A stretch of DNA of 64,000 nucleotides from a virus. Both the position numbers and the translations under genes were made by a program. Location of the stretch: IMG/VR virus record IMGVR_UViG_3300021964_000017; one strand, written 5' to 3'. Positions 9,581 to 19,092 of this stretch are shown here, one piece after another. Within the stretch, counting starts at the first letter, position 1; each line of letters starts with the position of its first letter. The notes under the pieces are model-generated. The model did no database searches, was not told the DNA's origin, and saw nothing but the letters and a program-made list of their open reading frames with translations.

Positions 9581-10057
9581 ATGATTAGTTTTGATGTAGA
9601 AAATATAACCAAAGGCATAGGTGTAGTAACAGCAACATTAGCAATGCTGGGTGGCGGTTACACTGTGTGGGACAAGTTCTCAAGCAAGGACATACTTACT
9701 TGGGCACCAGAACACTTTGAAATTAGCAATGCACCTGTTGACGGAACATTTGATGTTATTGTTGCTCGTGAAAAACACAGAGATGATTGTAGTGTTGAAG
9801 GGTTTACGCTTGAAGTCAAAGACAGTGAGTATATGGTACACGAAGCAACTCCTGGTATGACAAAGTTCAGCGGACCTGCTAGTGATAAAATTGATAAGTT
9901 TGGATTTACATTTACTATTGACGAAGAACATCAGCATATGATCCCTGCAGGTGAAGCAACACTGTTAGCTCACATAGATTATCAATGTCCAGAGGGGGCA
10001 GTGGTTGTTAACTATCCAGATCATGAAAATTTAACATTTAAAATACTAGAGGAATAG
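9581..10057 (+). CDS. Membrane-anchored late protein
   Basis: N-terminal TM segment, beta-rich domain with two Cys; late promoter upstream. Confidence 0.6.
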   Translation: MISFDVENITKGIGVVTATLAMLGGGYTVWDKFSSKDILTWAPEHFEISNAPVDGTFDVIVAREKHRDDCSVEGFTLEVKDSEYMVHEATPGMTKFSGPASDKIDKFGFTFTIDEEHQHMIPAGEATLLAHIDYQCPEGAVVVNYPDHENLTFKILEE

Positions 10058-10060
10058 ACA

Positions 10061-10342
10061 ATGGTAGATTTATTTGATTTTGGATTTACAGCTGTAGATG
10101 AAGATGAGTTAGATGCTGTGCAAAAACAGCAGCAGAAGGCAGCTGAGATAGGTGCAGATGCAGCAAGAGCAGCCTCAGCCGCAAATGATAGACAAGAGAG
10201 ATTAGACAATCTATATAATGCTATCGTGCCATTGCTGAACAACTTAAAAAAGAATCCAGAGAAAGATTATATTCTCTGGCCCAATCGTCTAGCTAAAGTT
10301 GAAGAGTTTGAAGATCACCTGCAAAAGATTTACAACGGGTGA
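10061..10342 (+). CDS. Conserved T4-like hypothetical protein
   Basis: FDFGFTAVDEDEL...PLLNNLKKNPEKDYILWPNR. Confidence 0.65.
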   Translation: MVDLFDFGFTAVDEDELDAVQKQQQKAAEIGADAARAASAANDRQERLDNLYNAIVPLLNNLKKNPEKDYILWPNRLAKVEEFEDHLQKIYNG

Positions 10343-10908
10343 AGCTTTCCGTCTGAGCCGTACTTTGCAAAGCTCCAACCAAAGTCTTTCATAGCACCAA
10401 TACCCACTCTTCGAGCCAACATTGCTCTTTGCTTCTGACCGTCTTCGGCCGAGACATTTCCTAGGTTGTCGTACATCTTAAAGCCATGGGGATATGCAAC
10501 AGCCATAATATTCTCATGTGGTGTTGGCCCTCCATATCCATTTGTCAAGAACTCTCGAAGAAATGGCATGAACTTACGCATTATGTAAACTCGATCTTTC
10601 ATATCAAGTTGTAGCTGATGAAGTGTGGCGCTTTCATATCGCCACGAAACTTCTGCAAGCTCGATATCATAATTAGCTCGTTCATTCAACCTCAAGTTGT
10701 CGTAGATCCCTCTACACTGCTCTAGCGTTTGTTTTTCGTTGTGGCAGATAGCAAATAAAAAGTCTTCCTTCTTCTTATATGCTAGATAGCGAGCAATGAG
10801 TTTTACCTCATCCCCGCTGTCTAAAGGAACTACAATCTCATGTTCATATCCTGTGGGGGGCTGATATTTCTCCATCCACTCCATCAGGAATTCAACTTTA
10901 TTAAACAT
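10330..10908 (-). CDS. Hypothetical protein
   Basis: 192-aa ORF with RBS. Confidence 0.55.
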   Translation of the reverse strand: MFNKVEFLMEWMEKYQPPTGYEHEIVVPLDSGDEVKLIARYLAYKKKEDFLFAICHNEKQTLEQCRGIYDNLRLNERANYDIELAEVSWRYESATLHQLQLDMKDRVYIMRKFMPFLREFLTNGYGGPTPHENIMAVAYPHGFKMYDNLGNVSAEDGQKQRAMLARRVGIGAMKDFGWSFAKYGSDGKLHPL

Positions 10909-10916
10909 TATAATCC

Positions 10917-11204
10917 TTACTCAGATGGTTGTTCCATCTCCAACACTTCAATGCGGCTTTCGAGAATCTCTAGCTCATCTTGAGTGGCAGCATTTTCTAA
11001 TTGCTGATTAGCATAGAGAGATGAATGAGCTGCTGCTGTTTTGAGCAAAGTTGTTTCATGAGATTCTAGAACCTTGTTGATTTCTACAATCTCAATTTGT
11101 TGGACGATTGATTGCGCTACTAGTTCATCAATGTGAACCTGTTGCTTTTTAATTTCTGTGTCCATTGCCATCATTGACAAGAACCATAATACCGCTATTT
11201 CCAT
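10917..11204 (-). CDS. Coiled-coil protein with hydrophobic N-terminus
   Basis: AAGGAG RBS; heptad pattern. Confidence 0.55.
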   Translation of the reverse strand: MEIAVLWFLSMMAMDTEIKKQQVHIDELVAQSIVQQIEIVEINKVLESHETTLLKTAAAHSSLYANQQLENAATQDELEILESRIEVLEMEQPSE

Positions 11205-11385
11205 TTTAGTCTCCTTAGATAATTTCTGTGTATGTGCTAACGGTTCAACGCTTTCGCTCCACGCTTTGCACTAACGACATACACCTGCCGGCATACTTGC
11301 ATCGACCCTTTTGTTGTGACTGCGAACTCACTTCAATCATATGGGACTTGGTAACCCATACTAGTTAGTGGCAAACTAACGTGAC

Positions 11386-11459
11386 TGGCACAGGTGCTAA
11401 GAATCGAACTCAGACTTACGGATTTGGAATCCGTCGTGATACCATTTCACCACACCCTT
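11386..11459 (-). tRNA. tRNA-Trp (CCA)
   Basis: Anticodon arm ACGGA-TT-CCA-AA-TCCGT; T arm GTTCGATT; encoded 3' GCCA. Confidence 0.9.
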
Positions 11460-11463
11460 ATTT

Positions 11464-11541
11464 TGGTGATCTCTGTAGGACTCGAACCTACGACCTAGTG
11501 CTTAGAAGGCACTTGCTCTGATCCAGCTGAGCTAAGAGACC
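11464..11541 (-). tRNA. tRNA-Arg (TCT)
   Basis: GGTCTCT/AGAGATC acceptor stem; AGTGC-CT-TCT-AA-GCACT; GGTTCGAGTCC; encoded ACCA. Confidence 0.93.
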
Positions 11542-11717
11542 GTTATACTTATGCACATGGCCTGTTGCCCCGACTTAAAATATCCTCCGCCCATACCGAC
11601 TTCATCACTTAGTGCTTCTCTAGCATGAAAGCACTCAACCATTGAATCGTATGTGTCATACTTAACAACGTATGGATCATCTGCATACAGATATATAAAA
11701 ACCAAAACCCAAGCCAT
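11532..11717 (-). CDS. Small hypothetical protein with hydrophobic N-terminus
   Basis: W.LVF..Y.SM.EC..C pattern; stop codon lies inside the tRNA-Arg 5' end. Confidence 0.5.
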   Translation of the reverse strand: MAWVLVFIYLYADDPYVVKYDTYDSMVECFHAREALSDEVGMGGGYFKSGQQAMCISITVS

Positions 11718-12187
11718 TATTTCTGAAACTGAACTACGTATCGTTGACCATTTATATAGAAACGAATTGTAGAGTGGCTATAGCGCTCTTGCGTTTGATT
11801 AACATACGAAACGACATCACTACACTGTTGTTGAGTTTCATATCCAACAATTCGACGTTCCGTTCTTGAGCGTGATGCCTGATCAGCACCTATGATTCCA
11901 CCAAGGACAGCCCCCGCAGCTGCTCCGCCATCATCATTGGTTACGCCTTTACCAAGCAAACCACCAATGATCATACCCGCAAGCGCACCGCCTGCTGCAT
12001 CGCCTTGTGTTTGCACATCTTGATAGATTGGCACTTCTATGTTCTGACAACGTGTCTGTGTCTGCGGAACTTGAGTAACAACAGTTTTTGTATGATCAAA
12101 TACCTTAACACGATCCACTGTGTCCGCAGCTACTGTAGTTGCTAGCAGTGAAGAAGCCAGCACGACCTTACCTAAAAAATTTATCAT
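11717..12187 (-). CDS. Glycine-zipper 2TM secreted/envelope protein
   Basis: Signal peptide plus GGALAGMIIGGLLG...GAAAGAVLGGIIG. Confidence 0.8.
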   Translation of the reverse strand: MINFLGKVVLASSLLATTVAADTVDRVKVFDHTKTVVTQVPQTQTRCQNIEVPIYQDVQTQGDAAGGALAGMIIGGLLGKGVTNDDGGAAAGAVLGGIIGADQASRSRTERRIVGYETQQQCSDVVSYVNQTQERYSHSTIRFYINGQRYVVQFQK

Positions 12188-12746
12188 TTTTCGTCTCCAT
12201 GTTCTATAAGCATACTATCAACCATCCAACAAATCCAGTCAACATCTTCTTGGTCGCAAGGTGGGATTACTTTACTATACAACCCCTTAACAATTTCATC
12301 TTCAATTTTTTCTTTATTAGCTTTACCATTTACAAACGGTTGATGATAGCCATGTTCGAGAACATGAAATACCATCGCGCCTTGTTGTTCAGTACTAAGC
12401 AACATATCTATTCTCCTTTACGATGACATGGATTGTGGCGACTGACTTATCAGTCTTACTCACAAAGAATTCTAGACCAGCTTCACTGAGCATTTTACGT
12501 ACTTCTTCAATCGTCATGGGGCATCTCCAATCCAGTAAAGTTTGCTTGTAACCAACCGCGGTCCATAGCATGTAGGACAACCATATCTTTGTATGGTTCC
12601 TCGACGTGGCCAGTTTTAATAGCCCATTCCTTCATGTCCTGTCCAACCATAGCAAGTTGATCACCATGTGTATGATGAGCGTGAATACGTTCAGCCTCAG
12701 ACTCAACCATGTTCCACTCGATGTTTTGTTTTTCAAAATTTGTCAT
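12184..12746 (-). CDS. Three small early hypothetical genes (12184-12405, 12395-~12520, 12507-12746)
   Basis: Overlapping stop/start packing. Confidence 0.5.
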
Positions 12747-12961
12747 TATGCAGCCACCTCAAAGTAGTTATCTACTAGTACACCAATACAATCGTTAAGA
12801 TACTCAGTGTCATAGAAGACAGCCAGCGGAATAAACATATCAGATTCTACAAAGTTCCAGTTAATACCACCAGAGCTATTGATGTTCTCTGGGTTAGTAA
12901 CAGCAGCTTCGAAAGCTTCGATGATGTCGTTTTTGATCATTGCACCGTATGTAGTAAGCAT
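12746..12961 (-). CDS. Early acidic protein (paralog of 53648-53914)
   Basis: Start moved to ATG 12961 after AAGGAG; AVTNPEN..NWNFVESD. Confidence 0.65.
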   Translation of the reverse strand: MLTTYGAMIKNDIIEAFEAAVTNPENINSSGGINWNFVESDMFIPLAVFYDTEYLNDCIGVLVDNYFEVAA

Positions 12962-12985
12962 CTTTGTTCTCCTTTTGATATAATA

Positions 12986-13020
12986 GTTATACCATAGAGT
13001 ACTTATGAGGTCAACAGTTA
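12986..13020 (-). promoter_or_regulatory. Early promoter (TTGACC-17-TATAAC)
   Basis: Repeated motif. Confidence 0.8.
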
Positions 13021-13409
13021 TTTTGTTTCTCCATATCACTCATTGATACAGTTTCCTTGAACGATTTGTTTACCAGCAGCAATACACTGTTCTTTTAATT
13101 GTGTGCTATTTTCCATATCAATCGCAATCAAATAACCAATACCCCAAGCACAAAAGAACAATAGGGCAAGAAAGGCCATCATTGGAACATCGTGTTTATA
13201 CATTTTCTTTCTCCACGAATACAGTTATTTTGAACTTTTCTTTACCATCTCAACCATGCTCATAGCGCGTCCTAGTGTTATAATATTCACTTCGGTCACG
13301 CCGTTCCAATCGTTGTCCAGAATTCTCCGGCACACTTCTGCTACTGTCACGTTTCAACCATCCTGTTAAATTTTCACCTACAACATCATCACATGGATCG
13401 TCACAAGAG

Positions 13410-13712
13410 TCAACCATCCTTACCTCTTAATTCTGCTATTGCGCCTTTTATACGCGAGGGGTATTTACCCAAAAAAGTTCCTGCACCTAGATCATCTTTT
13501 GTAATATAATCTTTGTGCATGTGTTCTACTTCATCGTAATGTGTTAATAGTTTCTTGCCCATACGATCAAACGACATGTCAGATAGAATAGGATTGTCTT
13601 CAACATAATAAGCATATGCCGCCATTAGATACCATGGCACCAACATGTTGATATTATTGTCCGTTGTTTCCAGACAAAGTTTATCATAATCAGTTGGGTC
13701 GCGTCTGGCCAT
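13410..13712 (-). CDS. Stand-alone NAD-dependent DNA ligase domain Ia-like protein
   Basis: AYAYYVEDNPILSDMSFD resembles LigA YYVLDxPxISDAEYD. Confidence 0.6.
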   Translation of the reverse strand: MARRDPTDYDKLCLETTDNNINMLVPWYLMAAYAYYVEDNPILSDMSFDRMGKKLLTHYDEVEHMHKDYITKDDLGAGTFLGKYPSRIKGAIAELRGKDG

Positions 13713-14079
13713 TGAATGCCTCCGTTAGTTCTTTATCCATGGCATGCGCTTCGATTTCTTGCCAACGTTGCTCGTATGGGCTCTCGGTATCCATCACCAT
13801 ACAATTTAGATATTGCTTTACATGAACGAGTTCATGCAGAACAGTCGTTATCAGATCAGGGATTGATAGGGAAAGGTCGAGACGAATCGTAAACTCATGA
13901 TCGTCTTCATACATACAGTCGCCAAAAACTCCTTGTTTGCGAATGCCTGATATATTTATAAAGACATCATCAACTTCAGGAAATAATTTATCAGATCCAA
14001 ACGCAATTACATCACAGATTAGATCTTGTTTTTTTCTAGCAAATCTACTATTGAATTCAACTAACATATTGTCCTCCAT
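13690..14079 (-). CDS. Zincin-type metallopeptidase
   Basis: VLHELVHVKQY...W.EIEA. Confidence 0.7.
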   Translation of the reverse strand: MEDNMLVEFNSRFARKKQDLICDVIAFGSDKLFPEVDDVFINISGIRKQGVFGDCMYEDDHEFTIRLDLSLSIPDLITTVLHELVHVKQYLNCMVMDTESPYEQRWQEIEAHAMDKELTEAFNGQTRPN

Positions 14080-14090
14080 CTAACTTATAC

Positions 14091-14119
14091 GTTATAGCAT
14101 AAAGTTAAAAGAAAGTCAA
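14091..14119 (-). promoter_or_regulatory. Early promoter (TTGACT-17-TATAAC)
   Basis: Variant of the repeated motif. Confidence 0.65.
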
Positions 14120-14715
14120 CCGTTTTTTGTGCGTACCTCGACATTTTTTCCAAGTTTGATCTTAGCATCGTTGTGTTCGTGGTACAGAACAAACTGGGTA
14201 TTGGGAAACTCTTTAAACAGATTCTCCCACACAGGCCGCCAGTTGCTTGCAAGCCTGTTGTTGTTAGTTAGACTTCTATCACTGTTAAGATACATGTCAG
14301 TACAGCTACGAAGATTAAAGTCGAATATAGAATCAAATCCATACATATGAACCACGTCTGCATTCAGCTCATTGGCACTGTAGTGAGTTGCCATGTGTCC
14401 ACAGTTAAAGTCTGTATAGTTGCTCACATAATTAGGTAAAGTAAGATAGAACCCCTTGATGTGCTGAGCGACCCGCATATAAAATTCAGGTCTTTGCTCC
14501 ATCCAAATTTTAGGTCTAAATCCAAGAGTCCACTCCCCAGGGATATGAACAGACCCTTCTGTCATAGCTTTCATCATCTTAAAATCAACAAGACAGGTTG
14601 TATATACATTTGCTACTTCAAACGGAGGGATGTTGCATGTAACCTTAATACCTTTTGATGGTTTATACATTACAGCATTATCGCCATTACCAATTAGATG
14701 AACGGTCCTACTCAT
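14116..14715 (-). CDS. Rossmann-like, glycosyltransferase-related protein
   Basis: HLIGNG, CN, VD, NCGH and HMYGFD motifs. Confidence 0.5.
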   Translation of the reverse strand: MSRTVHLIGNGDNAVMYKPSKGIKVTCNIPPFEVANVYTTCLVDFKMMKAMTEGSVHIPGEWTLGFRPKIWMEQRPEFYMRVAQHIKGFYLTLPNYVSNYTDFNCGHMATHYSANELNADVVHMYGFDSIFDFNLRSCTDMYLNSDRSLTNNNRLASNWRPVWENLFKEFPNTQFVLYHEHNDAKIKLGKNVEVRTKNG

Positions 14716-15319
14716 TCATTTGCTTCCTTATCTCTTCTTTTCCAAGTCTACCGGTCCAATGCATAATTTTAATATTAGAAGGAGCGGTGCGATCGATTAA
14801 GTCTAACCTAAGCGTATTCCATTGTTTTGGAATCGTTCGTATATGTATCTCTCTTTTAAGACCTTCTCTAACAATCCCATGAAGAATATCTTGATCCCCA
14901 AACATTGTGCCACGATCTTCTACCATCATTATCGATTCTTCTGCCCAATGGTCCAACACTAGTGGGCGGTTAGCAAACGCTACTACACCACTATTGTGCC
15001 ACCTCTCCCCACGTCTCATGCTCCATGGCTGGTCTTCTACCATTGTTAGTTTATTAGAGTCTATGAGGTCGAATATGGGAGTGATATCTGCTCTTACTTC
15101 ACAGTCCGTATCGAGCCAACAGATCTTCTCTGCCATTTCTGTTGCTAGTCTCATTACAACGGGTTTGTTGAACCAACCCCTACCTGTCTTATCAAAATCA
15201 AACACATGGAGATTAGCATCGGGGTTATGTTTGTAGAAATTCTTCTCAAACCAAGGGAGCATCCATCTCGTGTTCTCATCACACCCAGTAATGAACAGTT
15301 TAGATAATCTTGTAACCAT
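14708..15319 (-). CDS. GT-A glycosyltransferase
   Basis: WLDTD (DxD), NSGV, GDQ, IMHWTG. Confidence 0.75.
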   Translation of the reverse strand: MVTRLSKLFITGCDENTRWMLPWFEKNFYKHNPDANLHVFDFDKTGRGWFNKPVVMRLATEMAEKICWLDTDCEVRADITPIFDLIDSNKLTMVEDQPWSMRRGERWHNSGVVAFANRPLVLDHWAEESIMMVEDRGTMFGDQDILHGIVREGLKREIHIRTIPKQWNTLRLDLIDRTAPSNIKIMHWTGRLGKEEIRKQMNE

Positions 15320-15941
15320 TGTTATAATTATGCTTTGCTAAGCATCCCTCTGTTCTTTGTATAGTGGTAAAACTGTCTCTTGCTTCTACTGGCCACGGAT
15401 AGTATTCTTGGAGCCATTGAAACACTTCATTATTCAAGAATACATCTGTTGGTCTTGCAAACACTTTAGCCTGAGCAATTAACAAGCTAGCTCCTTGAGG
15501 ACTAACTCTGTATCCATGTGCACCAGGAAAGTACCTTTTAGATGTTAAAGGATTAACACCCAATGTTGTGGGAGTGTTGAACTTACCATAAGAAGGCTTT
15601 CCTAAACTAATACACCCATTATGAATCATTTCTGGAATATAGTCAACCACGACAGCATCATGTTCAAAGATAGTTACTTCTTGATTGATCTCTGTACAAT
15701 GCTTCCACAGTGACCAATGTGAATGAAAAGCTGCCATACAGTTCTCTAAGCGCGAATACTTCTCTCTAAACCCAGCTTCACCAATACCTGCATCCCACAA
15801 AAACGCTGAGAGCAATTCATTAGGAGTAGTTGCTTCCCACTTCTCAATATTAAGATCAAACTTCTTGCCAGAAGCAATACATCGTTCAGCTGCTTGAACT
15901 GACTGAGGAGTCTGAGACATAGTAATGACATAATGTTTCAT
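15300..15941 (-). CDS. Glycosyltransferase family 25
   Basis: SHWSLW, IFEHDA, GAHGY.VSP.GA; start moved to ATG 15941. Confidence 0.8.
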   Translation of the reverse strand: MKHYVITMSQTPQSVQAAERCIASGKKFDLNIEKWEATTPNELLSAFLWDAGIGEAGFREKYSRLENCMAAFHSHWSLWKHCTEINQEVTIFEHDAVVVDYIPEMIHNGCISLGKPSYGKFNTPTTLGVNPLTSKRYFPGAHGYRVSPQGASLLIAQAKVFARPTDVFLNNEVFQWLQEYYPWPVEARDSFTTIQRTEGCLAKHNYNNGYKII

Positions 15942-16630
15942 AGAGATGTTGTACTCTCTGTACCTTGAACCTGTGTATAGAACTTCTTGGTGACTCCTAG
16001 ACGAGGTACAAGCTGACGACACATAAGAGCATCATTGGGCCAAAGCCCATGGTCTCTGACTAGCTTAAGCATTCTACTAGCCCCTTCTGGCTTGATTATA
16101 TATGCACTATTACCAGCCAGCCCTTGAGGGATATCGTAATGATCAATCTTTGGCACCAATTGGATCCACGGTTTGTTATTAATAATTGTTGTGTAAAATT
16201 CACGAGCACGTCTTGTTGCACCTAGCGGGTTGTTAATGCCAATGATATACATCTTAGAATCATTAATATCAAAGTCAATCTTCTCAACAAACTTAGCATC
16301 ATGTTCAAGAATTATCATAGGCTCCTGTGTCTTGACACAGGTCTTCCACAACTTGTAGTGACTAAGAGCGCAAGCAATTCTTGCTTTAGGTCTATTGGTT
16401 TTATACGCATTCTTACGTAAACCTGTTTGCAGACATTGCTCTTTACCTGCCCATGGGTAGTTCCAGACAACATTAAGATCCTTCATTACGCTATCAACTT
16501 CATAGGGAGTGATTGCATCAAATCTGTTAATAGGAAATGTGTTCCCTACATCCTTTGATGATTGGTTTAAAATCTCATAGGACTGTTCAGACAGCTTATG
16601 GCCCTTTATTACAATTGCGTATGCTTTCAT
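15938..16630 (-). CDS. Glycosyltransferase family 25
   Basis: ACALSHYKLW, ILEHDA, GNSAYIIKPEGA. Confidence 0.8.
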   Translation of the reverse strand: MKAYAIVIKGHKLSEQSYEILNQSSKDVGNTFPINRFDAITPYEVDSVMKDLNVVWNYPWAGKEQCLQTGLRKNAYKTNRPKARIACALSHYKLWKTCVKTQEPMIILEHDAKFVEKIDFDINDSKMYIIGINNPLGATRRAREFYTTIINNKPWIQLVPKIDHYDIPQGLAGNSAYIIKPEGASRMLKLVRDHGLWPNDALMCRQLVPRLGVTKKFYTQVQGTESTTSL

Positions 16631-16634
16631 CCGT

Positions 16635-17246
16635 TCACCGTACTCTTATAATATAGCTATCTGGTTCGCCCGATTGTTTACGAAGATCAAAGCGCTTAGT
16701 GTCTTTGCCATCCAATTCTTTCAAGAACTTGTTCATTTCTAAAATGTTGTATCTGTCCGGATGTTTTTGAATCCACCAGTGTTGCATCTCTTGGGTTGTC
16801 ATAACGTCAAGCGGCCATACATCTTCAACATAGAATCTACCATTCTTTTTTAGTAAAGGAAATAGATTGTGTAGAGTCTTTGCATTGGCATCTGGTGTAT
16901 GCAGCCCATCATCAATTATAATATCAAAACGGATTCGAGGCCACTTCTTTTTAATCTGATCTCGTACCGCAATGTTTGTGCTGTCACATTTAAGCCAATG
17001 GACTCGCTCGTTGTTTAGCACTTCAATGTCATTGGGACTGACTCGCTTGAAGATATCAATACCATAGATTGTGGCATTAGGAAAGAACTCTAGCCAAGCC
17101 TTAATACTGTCACCTCTGAACACCCCAACTTCAAGAATGTTGATTGGTTCGTTCCTTAGAGTATCAAACTCTGGTTCATACACTGTGTGATAGTGATGTT
17201 TAATAGCCTTATCACATCCGTTCTTATTAAATAATATATCAAGCAT
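16635..17246 (-). CDS. Class I SAM-dependent O-methyltransferase
   Basis: ILEVGV.RG.S, YGIDI, FDIIIDDGLH, YVED; start moved to ATG 17246. Confidence 0.8.
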   Translation of the reverse strand: MLDILFNKNGCDKAIKHHYHTVYEPEFDTLRNEPINILEVGVFRGDSIKAWLEFFPNATIYGIDIFKRVSPNDIEVLNNERVHWLKCDSTNIAVRDQIKKKWPRIRFDIIIDDGLHTPDANAKTLHNLFPLLKKNGRFYVEDVWPLDVMTTQEMQHWWIQKHPDRYNILEMNKFLKELDGKDTKRFDLRKQSGEPDSYIIRVR

Positions 17247-17916
17247 ACATTGTGTTCCTTGTCGGGCCTGTATCAAAGTCGTAGCCCCATTGTTCAATAT
17301 CTTTTTTGTACCAATCAGCTACGATCTGAATGGTCTCGGGTGTATATAGATCTTTATATGATCCCTTATTAATTGCAGTTACATTACGAGCTGCACTCAT
17401 CTCTACCAGGTTAAAGTATTTGCATAGATCAGAGTTGAGATGTTCAAATCGAATGATATCGCAACGGACGTTTCCTTTATCATCACTAACATGATCAAAC
17501 GCAGGATACCAACCACGGACAGCTCTATGCCACATGTAGTCTTCGTTACCCCACTTATGCCGCTCTTCTAAAAACGCTTCAAATGAACTGACATCCGCAT
17601 AACTTTTGTCTACTTTCTTTTCAACTTCAATAACCTTTTTTGCAAAAAAGAAACGACTAACCACACGATCCCAGGGGTTACGGACAACAGCAAATGAAGT
17701 GTTGTTTCTACGTATTGATGGATGAATATCGCGCCAGCGAGCATGTTCAAAACCATGATGATCTCCTAGTGAATTCATCTTGTTAAGCACAGCTTGAGAA
17801 TACTGTGGGGACTTGTGAATGTTACTTCCAGCTAACATTATTCTATTGTTTAGCATAGGACTACGACGAATAGTCATACCTGCATTCTTTGGAATGTGAA
17901 TGAATAATTTATACAT
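17239..17916 (-). CDS. Sulfotransferase family 2-like protein
   Basis: FIHIPKNAG (5'-PSB), VRNPWDRVVS, IRFE, Y..DI..WGY. Confidence 0.8.
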   Translation of the reverse strand: MYKLFIHIPKNAGMTIRRSPMLNNRIMLAGSNIHKSPQYSQAVLNKMNSLGDHHGFEHARWRDIHPSIRRNNTSFAVVRNPWDRVVSRFFFAKKVIEVEKKVDKSYADVSSFEAFLEERHKWGNEDYMWHRAVRGWYPAFDHVSDDKGNVRCDIIRFEHLNSDLCKYFNLVEMSAARNVTAINKGSYKDLYTPETIQIVADWYKKDIEQWGYDFDTGPTRNTMYA

Positions 17917-18706
17917 ACTTCATTAGCTCCTCAACATTCTCTCCACGATTTGGTAGCTTATCTTTCAAAAAGAAATGAACGAAGTTACATTGTTTAATCT
18001 TATCCATTCCGATACCAGTAAACAACCCATTCCATTTCCAATCAAGATTATTCACAGCCATCTTCTCTTCTTTGACCCACACATTAAGAAGTGTCTGATC
18101 TGTAGACCATTTCCACGCTCCAACACCATCTACGAAAGGTTTGAATCTAGGTCTGCGTAAGAACTGTTGGGGAGTTTCTCCGTTGAGGTATTTCTCAATC
18201 GACTTGTTAACAACCATCAGACCCATGTTATAGAAGTCTGCCCCAGCTTTGTGGTCCCAGTTAAACAGACCACTAAGCCCAGGATGAGCATATTGCATAC
18301 GTGTATAGTTAGCCAGCTTTTGTGTATAAGCTGGTACTGTTGGCATCGATCGTTCTAGAACTCCAGCAAAATCAACACTAGTGCCAGCAGCGGCAAAAAT
18401 GCAATCTTTGCAATCAGGCCGTACGTAAATATCAGCGTCAATAATAGCAATTTGATCATACGACTTGAGGTAGGAGAAAGCATTCTCTTTCTCAAAGATC
18501 GGAAGGAATCCACCATATTTTTCATATGATTCTTTGCTCCTATTGCTAGTAAAGGGGTCAGGTTTAATCATTAGAATAGGTGTTCGTTGCTGAACATAGT
18601 CAGCCCCTATTCGTTTTGCATACTCAGCGACTGATTGGGTACAGTGATTGTACAGCTCGCTCTTCTTGCCCGTGTACACCTGATAGATTAGTTTTTTCAT
18701 TTTCAT
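17909..18706 (-). CDS. GT-A glycosyltransferase (GT8/GT34-like)
   Basis: IIDAD, YNMG, DQTLLN, WKWN, HFF. Confidence 0.75.
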   Translation of the reverse strand: MKMKKLIYQVYTGKKSELYNHCTQSVAEYAKRIGADYVQQRTPILMIKPDPFTSNRSKESYEKYGGFLPIFEKENAFSYLKSYDQIAIIDADIYVRPDCKDCIFAAAGTSVDFAGVLERSMPTVPAYTQKLANYTRMQYAHPGLSGLFNWDHKAGADFYNMGLMVVNKSIEKYLNGETPQQFLRRPRFKPFVDGVGAWKWSTDQTLLNVWVKEEKMAVNNLDWKWNGLFTGIGMDKIKQCNFVHFFLKDKLPNRGENVEELMKYV

Positions 18707-19092
18707 AACTCTTTATAATATCTTTGGCAATTTCCATTGCTTCATCAAACCGCTTGCGGAAGCGATTGTTTTTTGCACCATGATTAATAAAGTAATATAA
18801 ACTATCTATATCACTACTATAGGATGGTAAATCATATGTCTTACGGAACGACACAATATCTTCATACTGCGTTCTAAGATTTAGAATATAGAACACATAT
18901 TCACCCGTTAAGTTGTTGAGGGGGATCTTCGTCGAGGCCTTCATATTCATCGTACATAACCTCATTTAGTTTAAAACCGGGAAGTTTATTGTCATTACCC
19001 ATAACTTTAATTCGTGTTTCTTGGTCTAACGACTTATTCTTATTACGATCTTTTTTCTTGTTGCGAGGGTCGTACCTCTCAAACTTAGCCAT
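18624..19092 (-). CDS. Two small conserved hypothetical genes (18624-~18900, 18901-19092)
   Basis: Operon packing; NRFRKRF and RYDPRNKKK motifs. Confidence 0.5.

Noticed and set aside
11300-11385. HDV-like (theta) ribozyme after tRNA-Trp
   Set aside because: I could not build the nested P1/P2/P3/P1.1 double pseudoknot or the catalytic J4/2 by eye.
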